Shown one piece after another: positions 33,913-46,099 of a stretch of DNA of 46,099 nt. Source of the stretch: Tubiluchus corallicola (lineage: Eukaryota > Animalia > Priapulida); assembly GCA_030141605.1 (NCBI GenBank), contig JAQGDQ010001340.1, positions 1-46,099 of the forward strand, in the 5' to 3' direction. Within the stretch, counting starts at the first letter, position 1, and every line of letters starts with the position of its first letter. The translations under genes were made by a program, and so were the position numbers. The notes below the pieces were generated by a model. That model saw only the letters and a program-made list of their open reading frames with translations. It ran no database searches and had not been told where the DNA came from.

Positions 33913-35255
33913 CTCTAAATATATTGGACTTTTATATTCTAACATCAAATTATCAAAAAAATATTTAAAAATACTAAAAAAAATTATTTTATAACCTCGT
34001 ACCCACTTCCTGGCTGAAAACTAGTACCGCAATTGTAAAAAACTCGTATTTTAAAACTCCGATAGAAGCTCGTACAAGCAGTTCATTTTGTTTCGGGTTT
34101 TTTGTATTGTCAAGCCCTGATCTTCATCAGGAAGCATCATCTACAGAATTTAAACATAAATTTAGTGTGTTCTTGCAAAGTCTATAGCAACCACCCATTC
34201 ATACGGTTGCTAAGTGTTTTGTAGAGACGCAACAAAAACAATGGCTGACTTTAACAGCATTTTTCTTAAGATTATATTTTTCAATGAGCAGCCTGCACCT
34301 CAACTGCAAAGTGCATTATCTCAGCATAGAGGGTTACCAGCCGAAATTCGACTCTCAAGTCTCCTGAGGACTCCAAAAAACCTGTATTTGTATTTGTCGT
34401 TTTGTATTCCTTACTCCTTTCTTAACATATTCCTTGCAAAATATTATAACTATACGTATGCAAAATTTCTCTCCATTAACACAAACCATTTTATATAATT
34501 GCTAATTACACTTCTGCAAAAATGAAAATGTAATCACCTCTCAAAAAACTAAAACTGTGATGTGTGAACCTGCTTCCATGACCCTCTTTCTCTTCTCCAA
34601 ACTGTTTTTTTAACACTATCCTGTTCTTACTGACCTACCTTTTTCACATTTATTACATAATTCTTTTCTCTCTAGTACAAACTACATTACTAACAATTGC
34701 CATGTGCCACTTAGCTGGTCGGCCGCTGCTTAGCGATATACTTCACTTCAAGCTAAAGACATGTGCTCGCATCCAGCATAACCTCTTTGGTTATCTCATT
34801 TCTAGGACCAATTTTTACATTGGTTTTCATAAATAACATAGAGCGATGAACTTGGTATCAAAATGATCCTCATGAAATGGAGATTCAGGATATGTGAATA
34901 ACTAGAAAAGTTTAATGGCCGACTTATGGACGATTTCGTCATGCAAGTACACGTATGGCCTCCACACAAATTTAAGTCCTGTTTATTTTAGTGTAAGATT
35001 GAGTTGATTTCACAAACTGCTAGTCAACTTCTTGCTAGATTTAGCTTCATTTCCGAAATGATATGAAAATCTCCTGACACATCAAAAGTCACAAGTTTTA
35101 AACTAAATTCTCAAATTTTTTTGAAGTGTATTTAAAACTAGTCGAGAAAGTTACAAAAAACGTGTGTAATTTATTATAAAAATGTGTTTGAAAGCTAACT
35201 TTGATATAGAATTTTGTCTCTATTCAAGGAAAGACTAAACGCTGTGTAAATTGCA

Positions 35256-35597
35256 TAATGATAATAATAATAATAATAATAATAATAATTATTATTATTA
35301 TTATTATTATAATAAATAATAATAAATAATAATAATAATAATCTTTATTTAAAGTTGGCTTTTGGGTCAACAATTAACATTAGCTCAAAGAGCTATTATC
35401 GCCGACTGTAAATAACAACCTACAACTACATAACAGAGACTATTATTACCCCACTTTTACCCTAAGTACCACGCGTCAGGCAGGGCAACAGCAGGTACCA
35501 TTTTTAAAGTCTTTGGTATAACCCGGCCGCTGGTTCGAACTCACAACCTCCCGGACGGAAAGCAGACGCATCACCACTAGACTAAACCGTCTGGTCT
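35256..35597 (-). mobile_element. tRNA-derived SINE with Meta-like central domain and (TTA)n-rich tail
   Basis: Minus strand: A box TAGTCTAGTGG, B box GTTCGAACC, then GGTTATACCAAAGACTTTAAAAATGGTACC. A 19-bp TSD AAACGCTG(T/C)GTAAATTGCA lies at 35237-35255 and 35599-35617. Confidence 0.85.
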
Positions 35598-36450
35598 AAA
35601 ACGCTGCGTAAATTGCAGAAACAGTGCTAGGTGTATGAACATGCACTCGGCTGTGTTCCTATTGAAAATGTGGCTGCTTAAATCATCTTGAATGATTTCA
35701 CTCAATAGTAGTGCAAATGATATTGTAAAACAAGAGGCCATTGGTATGTGTTGTTGAAATTTGCAATCATTTTATTGTAAAACATATACAATGTTCACCT
35801 CAATCACAAAATTGAACAAACAGTCATAAAGTTAGCAATATAATATTTTACAGTAGAAATTTTGCATCCTTTCTCAATGCTGCCTCTAGATCAACTAAAA
35901 CTTGCATGCCTGAGAGAATAGAGCTGTAATCACATGACCAGACATACAAGTTCCTATTGGAAGGTACATTACATTCATGCATACATACCATAAATGGAAA
36001 GGTCACCTATACTCTACAGACTATTAGTCAAACCAAAATCAAAGTCTACTTGGCTTTTTTGATAGCAGAATAAAGATTATTGGTTTACAGAAAGCTGTGT
36101 TATAATGTTATAATTTTTCTCTATTTAAACTTGAATAAGAGAGTTAGAACCAGAATTAAAGCATGAAATTAACAATCTAATTACTCTGATTAATGAATAT
36201 CTATAAAAGCAAAAGGAAACAATATTTAGAAACAAAAATCAATCTCTGACAAACTTTGTACAATTAGAGTAAAACAACGACTGTAGATGGCAGCATAGAC
36301 TAATTCAGTACTTTAGTGTAGTAGACTGAATTAAATGGATCACATAATATCACAATCGCGTACTCGGTACAATAAGCGACATGTGCACCTAAACTGGAAA
36401 TATTGCTAACGTGGTAATAATTTGACATTTCCTTTTTTCATTAATTTTAG

Positions 36451-36613
36451 TCGATGGTTCAAAGCCCTACGGCAGCATGCGTGGTTTATTAACCGAGAGT
36501 CTCATATGGTGTTACATCGTGCAGCTCAGTTCGGCATTGCGGACCATACACGCTGCAGGACTTGCGTGTCGAATTATGGACCCAACGAAAATACTCATCT
36601 CTGGTAAAAGCAG
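36451..36613 (+). CDS. PAN3: PAN3 coding exon 10: (V)DGSKPYGSMRGLLTESLIWCYIVQLSSALRTIHAAGLACRIMDPTKILISGKS(R)
   Basis: PAN3 motifs ESLIW.YIVQLSSALRTIH.AGLACR.MDPTKIL; ttttag| and CAG|gtgagt; 163 bp, phase 1-2. Confidence 0.97.
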
Positions 36614-36680
36614 GTGAGTGGCTAGTTCTTGTAGTTTGAGTTTTTCTAAGAACGTGTTAAACATTCCTGAAACACACGAG

Positions 36681-36795
36681 AAGGGGTACCTGAAGTAGGT
36701 TTCAGAAAAATCGCCTTTAAAATTATACTACTTTTCAGAAATTTTATGCATATACCGTACTCACGTTAAAAGGAATTTTTGTTTGCTTTCATTTG
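36681..36795 (+). mobile_element. Family A MITE left-end fragment, running into the 89-bp array
   Basis: AAGGGGTACCTGAAGTAGGTTTCAGAAAAATCGCC. Confidence 0.8.
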
Positions 36796-39588
36796 GAATT
36801 GTCTCTTACTTACATTGTTGTCCTAACGGAGTACTTGGCCTTCCATATTTGTAAAACAAATGTAAGCAGAGGTATCTCTTTAGCGAATTGTCTCTTACTT
36901 ACATTGTTGTCCTAACGGAGTACTTGGCCTTCCATATTTGGAAAACAGATGTAAGTAGAGGCATCTCTTTAGCGAACTGTCTCTTACTTACGTTGTTGTC
37001 CTAACGGAGTACTTAGCCTTCCGTATTTGTAAAACAAATGTAAGCAGAGGTATCTCTTTAGCGAATTGTCTCTTACTTACATTGTTGTCCTAACGGAGTA
37101 CTTGGCCTTCCATATTTGGAAAACAGATGTAAGTAGAGGCATCTCTTTAGCGAACTGTCTCTTACTTACGTTGTTGTCCTAACGGAGTACTTAGCCTTCC
37201 GTATTTGTAAAACAAATGTAAGCAGAGGTATCTCTTTAGCGAATTGTCTCTTACTTACATTGTTGTCCTAACGGAGTACTTGGCCTTCCATATTTGGAAA
37301 ACAGATGTAAGTAGAGGCATCTCTTTAGCGAACTGCTCTTACTTACGTGTTGTCCTAACGAACTTAGCCTTCCATTGAAACAAATGAGCAGAGATCCTTT
37401 AGCAATTGTCTCTTACTTACATTGTTGTCCTAACATACTTGCCTATATTGACAGATGGTAGAGGCATCTTTTACGAACTCCTACTTACTTGTTGTCCTAA
37501 CGGACTAGCCTTCCATTTGAAACAGATGTATGATGCATCTCTTACGAATGTCTCTTACTACTTGTCCAACGGATACTTCCTTCCGTATTGGCAGATAAGT
37601 AGAGATCTTTACGACGTCTCTTACTTACGTTGTTGTCCAACGGAGTACTTAGCCTTCCGTATTTGGAAAACAGATGTAAGCAGAGGCATCCCTTTAGCGA
37701 ATTGTCTCTTACTTACGTTGTTGTCCTAACGGAGTACTTGACCTTCCGTATTTGGAAAACAGATGTAAGCAGAGGCATCTCTTTAGCGAGTTGTTTCTTA
37801 CTTACGTTGTTGCCCTAACGGAGTACTTGACCTTCCGTATTTGGAAAACAGATGTAAGCAGAGGTATCTCTTTAGTGAATTGTCTCTTACTTACGTTGTT
37901 GTCCTAACGGAGTACTTGACCTTCCGTATTTGGAAAACAGATGTAAGCAGAGGTATCTCTTTAGCGAACTGTCTCTTACTTACGTTGTTGTCCTAACGGA
38001 GTACTTGGCCTTCCGTATTTGTAAAACAAATGTAAGCAGAGGTATCTCTTTAGCGAATTGTCTCTTACTTACGTTGTTGTCCTAACGGAGTACTTGGCCT
38101 TCCGTATTTGGAAAACAGATGTAAGCAGAGGTATCTCTTTAGCGAATTGTCTCTTACTTACGTTGTTGTCCTAACGGAGTACTTGGCCTTCCGTATTTGG
38201 AAAACAGATGTAAGCAGAGGTATCTCTTTAGCGAATTGTCTCTTACTTACCTTGTTGTCCTAACGGAGTACTTGGCCTTCCGTATTTGGAAAACAGATGT
38301 AAGCAGAGGTATCTCTTTAGTGAATTGTCTCTTACTTACGTTGTTGTCCTAACGGAGTACTTGGCCCTCCGTATTTGGAAAACAGATGTAAGCAGAGGTA
38401 TCTCTTTAGCGAATTGTCTCTTACTTACGTTGTTGTCCTAACGGAGTACTTGGCCCTCCGTATTTGGAAAACAGATGTAAGCAGAGGTATCTCTTTAGCG
38501 AATTGTCTCTTACTTACGTTGTTGTCCTAACGGAGTACTTGGCCCTCCGTATTTGGAAAACAGATGTAAGCAGAGGTATCTCTTTAGCGAATTGTCTCTT
38601 ACTTACGTTGTTGTCCTAACGGAGTACTTGACCTTCCGTATTTGGAAAACAGATGTAAGCAGAGGTATCTCTTTAGCGAATTGTCTCTTACTTACATTGT
38701 TGTCCTAACGGAGTACTTGACCTTCCGTATTTGGAAAACAAATGTAAGCAGAGGTATCTCTTTAGCGAATTGTCTCTTACTTACGTTGTTGTCCTAACGG
38801 AGTACTTGGCCTTCCGTATTTGGAAAACAGATGTAAGCAGAGGTATCTCTTTAGCGAATTGTCTCTTACTTACGTTGTTGTCCTAACGGAGTACTTGGCC
38901 TTCCGTATTTGGAAAACAGATGTAAGCAGAGGTATCTCTTTAGTGAATTGTCTCTTACTTACGTTGTTGTCCTAACAGAGTACTTGGCCTTCCGTATTTG
39001 GAAAACAGATGTAAGCAGAGGTATCTCTTTAGCGAATTGTCTCTTACTTACGTTGTTGTCCTAACAGAGTACTTGGCCTTCCGTATTTGGAAAACAGATG
39101 TAAGCAGAGGTATCTCTTTAGCAAATTGTCTCTTACTTACGTTGTTGTCCTAACGGAGTACTTGGCCTTCCGTATTTGGAAAACAAATGTAAGCAGAGGT
39201 ATCTCTTTAGCGAATTGTCTCTTACTTACATTGTTGTCCTAACGGAGTACTTGGCCTTCCGTATTTGGAAAACAGATGTAAGCAGAGGTATCTCTTTAGC
39301 GAATAGTCTCTTACTTACCTTGTTGTCCTAACGGAGTACTTAGCCTTCCGTATTTGTAAAACAAATGTAAGCAGAGGTATCTCTTTAGCGAATTGTCTCT
39401 TACTTACCTTGTTGTCCTAACGGAGTACTTGACCTTCCGTATTTGGAAAACAGATGTAAGCAGAGGCATCTCTTTAGCCAATTGTCTCTTACTTACGTTG
39501 TTGTCCTAACAGAGTACTTAGCCTTCTGTATTTGGAAAACAGATGTAAGCAGATGCATCTCTTTAGCGAATAGTCTCTTACTTACGTT
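36796..39588. repeat. Satellite-like array, 89-bp self-complementary unit, ~31 copies
   Basis: Unit GAATTGTCTCTTACTTACGTTGTTGTCCTAACGGAGTACTTGGCCTTCCGTATTTGGAAAACAGATGTAAGCAGAGGTATCTCTTTAGC. Confidence 0.97.
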
Positions 39589-40009
39589 CATTATTTTCTG
39601 ATAAAGACCCTTTGCGACATGTTAAGCTTGATAGCAATAGGAACTAAATCTGAAAACTTTGTGTAGGATCATTTGTGGGTGAAGCTTTACATTTTTACAT
39701 TTCTGACATAATTGGCACCTTCTTTTAGAATTGCAATGGCTTTTTTTTTGTATATCAATTTCCCGTTGCTGAAATCTTAAATGACTGCATCCTTTGTCAG
39801 TTATGAATTTGCTGCTATTTTATTGTCATTGACTTTTGGTAATTTAATTGTGATGTTTCTCAACTTAGTGGATTTTTGTCGTGAGAAAATGTAAACCAAT
39901 CAAATATTTCGTGCTCATCTTTTTGTTTCCAGTTTGAAAATGCAAAATCTTTTCGCGGCAGCAAATTTCGACCTTAGAAAATGACCTTTGACCTGTTTAT
40001 TTTCATTAG

Positions 40010-40097
40010 GCTGCGAGTAAATTGCGTCGGCATATTTGACGTGTTGAGCATGGATGGTACGCAGGCTAACCCACTGTCTCTTATGCCTCAGTATCAG
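40010..40097 (+). CDS. PAN3: PAN3 coding exon 11: (R)LRVNCVGIFDVLSMDGTQANPLSLMPQYQ; gene continues beyond the window
   Basis: PAN3 motifs RLRVNCVG.FDVL and NPL.LM.QYQ; ttttcattag| and CAG|gtgagt; 88 bp, phase 2-0. The next expected exon (Q.DL..LG) was not found before 46099. Confidence 0.96.
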
Positions 40098-40171
40098 GTG
40101 AGTTGTGCTTTGATAGAGTTTTCCTTTAGAAATGTCCGTGTAATAACATACATCGCACCTAAATTGTGGAG

Positions 40172-40682
40172 CAGGGATGAGAATTTTCCGCGGATACGCG
40201 GAATTCCGTGTTTTTGGAAGACCAGTGGTGCCATTTTTGTAAGTTCGTTGAAAGAATTTTTACGGACCCAGTACGTTATTTCACAAGCTGACCGCTAGTT
40301 GGCAGGCCGTCACTTTGTTTACATCATATACATCAGTGTAACCACGTGTATATCTCTATGTATAAAAAATAGAATCAATTGTGCAGAGTTATTTGAGTCA
40401 ATTACAGACAGTTTTTATATACTTTTGCATAGGAGTGGCCAGTACTTAGGTGTTTTTGAGACAATTAGGTATCATGTATCCTTGATAGTTGCGTATTTTA
40501 AATTATCCATGAAACAAGGTAACTGATATTTCAAGTCCATTTAGAGGCTCTCTATGGTCACAAAATCGCAATTTGTTGCTGGCTGCAAGGGGGCTTCCCT
40601 TGAACCCCATTGGGGGCCTAGGTGGCCCCAAAACCCCCGACCTGTTTCAGAGTTTTTTTGCAATTTGTCATTCTCATCCCTG
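40172..40682 (+). mobile_element. hAT-like MITE family D, copy 2
   Basis: Same TIRs as copy 1; 8-bp TSD TTGTGGAG/TTGTGCAG with one mismatch. Confidence 0.88.
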
Positions 40683-40952
40683 TTGTGCAGTCATCCTTTG
40701 TAAAATAAGATCAAATCCATAGAAATGCTTAAAAACGTAATTTCCTTAAAGCAGCTCGTAAGACGCATTCTTAATGTTAAGCTAGAATTACAGGTTTGTT
40801 AATGCTTATTTGAATACACTATGTGTAAAAGATGAAAAAAATATTAGTAATTAAGTACAGCGTGCAAATAATATAGCTCTAGAATAATAACATAATTATA
40901 TTCCTACCAAGCTCAGAGTTTTAGAAAGTTAACCAGTTACAGTTTATATTAT

Positions 40953-41030
40953 ACAGTAGTCGCCACTTAATAGACTCACGGTTAATACACTCAATCGTTT
41001 AATTGACTCAAAAACACCTGGAATGGGCCG
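40953..41030. mobile_element. pogo/Tigger-like end fragment
   Basis: TA|CAGTAGTCGCCACTTAATAGACTCA with three TTAAT.(G/C)ACTCA subterminal repeats. Confidence 0.45.
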
Positions 41031-42614
41031 CTTCTACTCAAGTATACATAAAACTGTAGGAATGTATTAAATAACTAAAACATAATAATGAAAATTAAGA
41101 AAACTGACACCAGGTGGCAGTAGCATTCAGCAAAATATTAAAACCTTTACCAGAAAGGAATATGTACACGAAAAAGTCAGAATGTTTTTTCAGTTCAAAC
41201 TATACAAGAATTTGGTAAATTATTCATTCTAAAAAAACTTTATTATTAATAAATATCTATTTAAATAATTATACCCTAAAATGAACATTGGGATGAGTAA
41301 AAATAAGGCAAAAAAATGAAATAACACGGAAACGGATGCAAATTTTATAAAAAGAAGTCATAGTCATAAGTCATTTATTTCATCTTACACACTTACAATA
41401 GTTTCATGTACGATATCTAGTGAAAGGGCCTACAATGAATATAATACAAATAAGAAATACTGCACAGGAAAAGCCTCGCACACTGTTCACTTATACACGA
41501 AGGTAAATGTGTTGTGGGCAATCAAAAAGCAGGGCTTGTTAGATTGTCCCACACAGTGATAGAAAAAAAAGTAGTGGAGATAATCTGAAATTTTAAAGTG
41601 AATCGTATGGTAAAAAACATTAGTGCTTAAAATGGAATGATGTAATGAATGAAACTCATATATGGGATGATATAAAATATAGAAAGTCTATTATTTGTTA
41701 ATAGTATATGAAATTAAGATAACTTGATTAAGCTAACACCACTGTTTTGCAACTACTGTGAGGATGGATACTGATAGAAATTTTGATTACTCACTGATAC
41801 TTACTTAAAATTTGATTTTTTAGCATTTTTTTTAAATCTAGTAGATCTGCTATTTTTTGTTAAAAGAAAAACACAAAACTGCCAAACTTCAAATTTCAAA
41901 GGTCAGAAATTTGTCGAAGAGTTTTAACATTAAGACTAGTAATACAATGTAATACAAGAGAAGAGGGCAGAACACTTATACGTGGCTCTCTTTTAACAAG
42001 TTACGATCAAATTTACAGTGTTGTAACAAGTTTTCATTCTCTAACGATGATGTAAAATGTTTAACATTAGAGGCATTAACTGTGTCATAAGTTAAAGTAT
42101 TTCAAATATCTACGATTCTGTTACAAAAAGTGAATTTGTAAATATTCGGTCTGCAGTAATTTTTGCATAATGTTAAGTCATGTCCCCTAAGCCCAAAAGG
42201 GGTGCGTACACAAAAAAGTCATAAAACAGTAACCTTATACGATTATTACGAATTTTATAAACCATTTTTAGGTCAAAAATTAACCGTCTGATTTCTAATG
42301 GGTGTAACTTAAGAATTTATGTAGTCTATGTTAGTAATCTGTATAGTTTATATTTACATGTTCTACATAAACGCATAGTGAAGTATCTTTGAATGTTTTC
42401 AATAGAATTTGTAGTCTATGTTAGTAATCTGTATAGTTTATATTACATCTACACAAACGCCTAGTGAGGTATCTTTGAACATTTTCAACATTCAGTCAAA
42501 GTTACAAGATAAGGATTCCAGACTGGTGTTCAGTATACTAACAAACGTCTTATGTAAATCTTATATGGTAAAAGTGAAGCTTCCTTGTTTTCAGTGTAAA
42601 AACATCTAAATATT

Positions 42615-43416
42615 ATGTTTACTTATGCTATTATTTGTGTTTACTATGTTTTCTTATGCTGTTTTTTGTGTTTACTATGTTTTCTTATGCTGTTATTTGT
42701 GTTTACTATGTTTTCTTATGCTGTTATGTGTTTACTATGTTTACTTATGCTGTTATTTGTGTTTACTGTTTACTTATGCTGTTATTTGTATTTACTATGT
42801 TTACTTATGCTGTTATTTGTGTTTACTGTGTTTACTTATGCTGTTATTTGTGTTTACTATGTTTTCTTATGCTGTTATTTGTGTTTACTATGTTTTCTTA
42901 TGCTGTTATGTTTTTACTATGTTTACTTATGCTGTTATTTGTGTTTACTATGTTTTCTTATGCTGTTTTTTGTGTTTACTATGTTTACTTATGCTGTTAT
43001 TTGTGTTTACTATGTTTACTTATGCTGTTATTTGTGTTTACTATGCTTACTTATGCTGTTATTTGTGTTTACTGTGTTTTCTTATGCTGTTATTTGTGTT
43101 TACTATGTTTACTTATGCTGTTATTTGTGTTTACTATGTTTACTTATGCTGTTATTTGTATTTACTATGTTTACTTATGCTGTTATTTGTGTTTACTGTG
43201 TTTACTTATGCTGTTATTTGTGTTTACTATGTTTACTTATGCTGTTATTTGTGTTTACTATGTTTACTTATGCTGTTATTTGTATTTACTATGTTTACTT
43301 ATGCTGTTATTTGTGTTTACTGTGTTTACTTATGCTGTTATTTGTATTTACTATGTTTACTTATGCTGTTATTTGTGTTTACTATGTTTACTTATGCTGT
43401 TATTTGTGTTTACTAT
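42615..43416. repeat. Minisatellite, 31-bp unit, ~26 copies
   Basis: Unit ATGTTTACTTATGCTGTTATTTGTGTTTACT. Confidence 0.97.
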
Positions 43417-43442
43417 GGAAGTAGAAAGCCCTCTGGTTCTTC

Positions 43443-43763
43443 AGTTCGCATCCACCCACAATCGTCTTCTGACGTGGCTGTGCAGCAACCAAGCTGCACT
43501 TGATAACAATGTACTCTTCCCATTCATCGCGTAAACCGCAACCTGCATAACTAGTAAGCAGAGTCGGCTCCTCTAGTTCGCATCCACCCACAATCGTCTT
43601 CTGACGTGGCTGTGTAGCAACCAACCTGCACTTGATAACAATGTACTCTTCCCATTCATCGCGTAAACCGCAACCTGCATAACTAGTAAGCAGAGTCGGC
43701 TCCTCTAGTTCACACCCACCCACACTCGTCTTCTGACGTGGCTGTGCAGCACCAACCTGCGCA
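43443..43763. repeat. 132-bp tandem duplication, ~2.4 copies
   Basis: AGTTC(G/A)CA starts at 43443, 43575 and 43707. Confidence 0.92.
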
Positions 43764-44122
43764 GAATTCAATTACAAATGTCTACTGTACATTCTAACAC
43801 AACTCTAACAAATTACTCGAAATAGAATGAGAGCTTAAGCATTACTTAGTGTGTTCCGGTGAAGAGAAGTCTATTGTCTGCTTTTCAAAGCGTCCGTCTA
43901 AAGTCAATATTTTCTTAACTAAATTAGACAGGGCGATTATCTTCTGCACAGACTTTCGCTAAGGTATTTGGTTACTGGTTGAACTGGTGTGTGGATACTG
44001 GAAAATAAATTGTTTCCGCAATTGTGTTGCTATTATTCTTATTAACAAAACGTTTGAGTTTGAAAATCTAATGTACAGACTGCTAGAGGAATTGGCCTTT
44101 TGGTAAAAATTTGACCCCGTAA

Positions 44123-44767
44123 AGATCAAGAAAAGGGGTACCTGAAGTAGGTTTCAGAAAAATCGCCTTAAAACCTATATGACTTTATAACAATCTTATG
44201 CGTACATCGTACTCGCGTTAAAAGGAATTTTTGTTTGTTTTCATTTTAAATATCCCTCACTGCTGTTCCGACGGCGCCATTACATGAAGTCATATACGCA
44301 CAACGTAAATCAGGGGAAGAAACGGCAATGTTAAATTATGACCCAAAAAACTTTCCGTGCAAATCTATATTACTTAGGATTTTGATTTCCTGCTGGAAAG
44401 ACTTATGTAACTAGAAATAATAATTTAAAATGTCCATGCCAGTTGGTAAAATATCGCTGGCTCACTCTCCTGGGTACACCACTTACTAACCAAAAACGTA
44501 TTTTTAATCTTATTGACAAGATACAGTAATTTAAAATGTTACTCAGTTAGTGCCGTGTGTGCTACGCGCGCTTGTGGAATATTTTTGCTGTTGAAAATTA
44601 TGTTACTTTGTGATGTCATCAATAGTTGGGCTCGCTCGTCGTTAATTAAGTTTTTAATCTATTATTTAATTATCAGAACCGCTTTTGCGGTATTAATTGT
44701 GTTAAAATGTATACTTTTTATTTGACTTGAAAATGAGGTGGTCTATGAAATGTCGTCCTGTCTTCCT
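44123..44767 (+). mobile_element. Kolobok-like MITE family A, near full-length copy
   Basis: Left end AGATCAAGAAAAGGGGTACCTGAAGTAGG; right end TGTCGTCCTGTCTTCCT|TTAA. Confidence 0.78.
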
Positions 44768-45347
44768 TTAAATCTTGAAAAGCCATGATGTGAGCAGCCA
44801 CTTAATGCACTCTTAATTGGTATTACTTGTCCATTTCTTTTGTCAAAAAGATGTCAATTTATTAAGTAGTTTTAAACATCTAGACGGATTGCCATTTTGG
44901 TTTCGCCAACTTTTACCACCTTACCCCATTCTTCCCCCTTGTACCCTATACACATAAGAGGCGCATGGTTTCTACTGTTTTCTTTAGGGAGACCGTGAAA
45001 TTTTTGTTATTATGCGCAGTGTTCCTAGGGAAAGTGTTAACCTACATATTTTTACGTTTTGCCAAATCCTTTTCGCGTCTCATAAAATCACGTTTAATAA
45101 CCTGTACCACTTTCTGCGATGATTATGCTGCGCCAAATTGTCGCCGTAGTGTTTAGGACTCCCTAGTGTCGGGCCTGCTGTTTTACTGCTCCCACGTGTT
45201 TCTTGAAAGCTTTGACGCCTCTACGATGCTAGGACTGTGTTGAACTTTGATTTTGGTGTTAACACTTGGGGCTTCTCGGTGGTCACTGAAATTAGCCTAT
45301 TTAGAGTTTGAGAAATTTTGTGGCTTTTTCACACATTGTCATCACCC

Positions 45348-45630
45348 ATGGGTGTTGTTTTGTGGATGGTGTGGTGGGGTGGGATGATAGGGCGGGTTGT
45401 GGTGTGGTGTTGGTAGAGTGGTGTGATGGGTGTGGCATAGTTTGGTTAGGGTGGTGTGGTGTGGGTGATGGTCTGTGAATAATGTGGTTATGTGGTGTGC
45501 TATGATGTGGATGGTGTGGTGTTGTGGTATTGTGCGGGTCGTGTGCTGTGAGTGGTGTGGTGGGTTGGTGTGGTGTGGTGTGAGTGGTGTGGTGGGTGGT
45601 TGTGTGGTGTGGTATGGGTTGTTGTTGCGG
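45348..45630. repeat. Degenerate GT-rich (GTGTG/GGTGT) low-complexity tract
   Basis: Visible directly; source of the His/Pro/Thr-rich ORF. Confidence 0.85.
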
Positions 45631-46099
45631 GACCTTAGCTAGTATTATACAAGACATATTACAGAGACGCATAAGTTTAAGGATGAGTTTTGCAATTTAT
45701 AGGTGCTTGCTGTGGGGCAGACACAAAGAAGATGATTATTGGAGGCTGGGGTTGGGCGTGGTGGTGTGTGTCTGATGTTCAGCGGTAAGTAGAATGTTTT
45801 GTACTATATAACTTTATGGCAGTCGTGTTTCTGTAGTTTTCTGAAAGCATTTTTGCTTGATGCGTACTGATAGTGAACAAACAACTTTCCAAGACCTTCG
45901 ACTTAAGTGCAGACTAGACAGGGATACCTCTCAGTTGTTGTCTGGTCTTGCCTCGTATCAAATTCAAGGTCATGTAATTTTCAAATCATGAGAGAAAGTG
46001 CAAGTTTAGTCAGAGTCAGAAAATACTTTGTGAATGTGTTTTGCTAGTTCGTTTCTCAAGTTGATCAAATGATTAGTAGCATCTGACCACAGTGACATG

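Noticed and set aside
34088-34138. Penelope-type hammerhead ribozyme on the minus strand (CTGATGAAG...CGAAAC)
   Set aside because: Stem II does not close onto GAAA and I find no stem I/III with a cleavage triplet; at most a degenerate relic.
42615-43534. Three overlapping hydrophobic Cys/Tyr-rich ORFs
   Set aside because: A 31-bp unit without stops opens all three frames; not a gene.
44960-46099. Decayed LINE 5' region on the minus strand (YPCLVC, FQET) or the next PAN3 exon
   Set aside because: Motifs too fragmentary to call; no Q.DL..LG exon found.

Overview
AT-rich, repeat-dense genomic DNA from an invertebrate animal; the PAN3 N-terminus looks arthropod-like, but the taxon is an inference. 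Two genes point away from each other. (1) A type-II membrane GT32/DXD alpha-1,4-glycosyltransferase lies on the minus strand (3016-3936) with a splice acceptor just upstream. (2) PAN3, the PAN2-PAN3 deadenylase subunit, lies on the plus strand; I reconstructed 11 phase-consistent GT-AG coding exons from 18847 to 40097 (441 codons), and the C-terminal exons lie beyond the window. The rest is decayed LINEs, TTAA-flanked Kolobok-like MITEs, hAT MITEs, pogo/Tigger-like ends, a non-autonomous Helitron, a tRNA-derived SINE, a 5S-rRNA-headed SINE and several minisatellite arrays. The most striking unexplained signal is in PAN3 intron 8 (32261-33419), where I recognise no transposon or satellite. It holds a ~212-nt hairpin whose non-Watson-Crick helix pairs are all G-U on the sense strand, surrounded by cryptic splice sites, an immediate in-frame stop, and an AATAAA with a GU-rich downstream element. 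This is a candidate structured-RNA module controlling PAN3 splicing or 3' end formation. All family assignments come from motif recognition; no searches were run.
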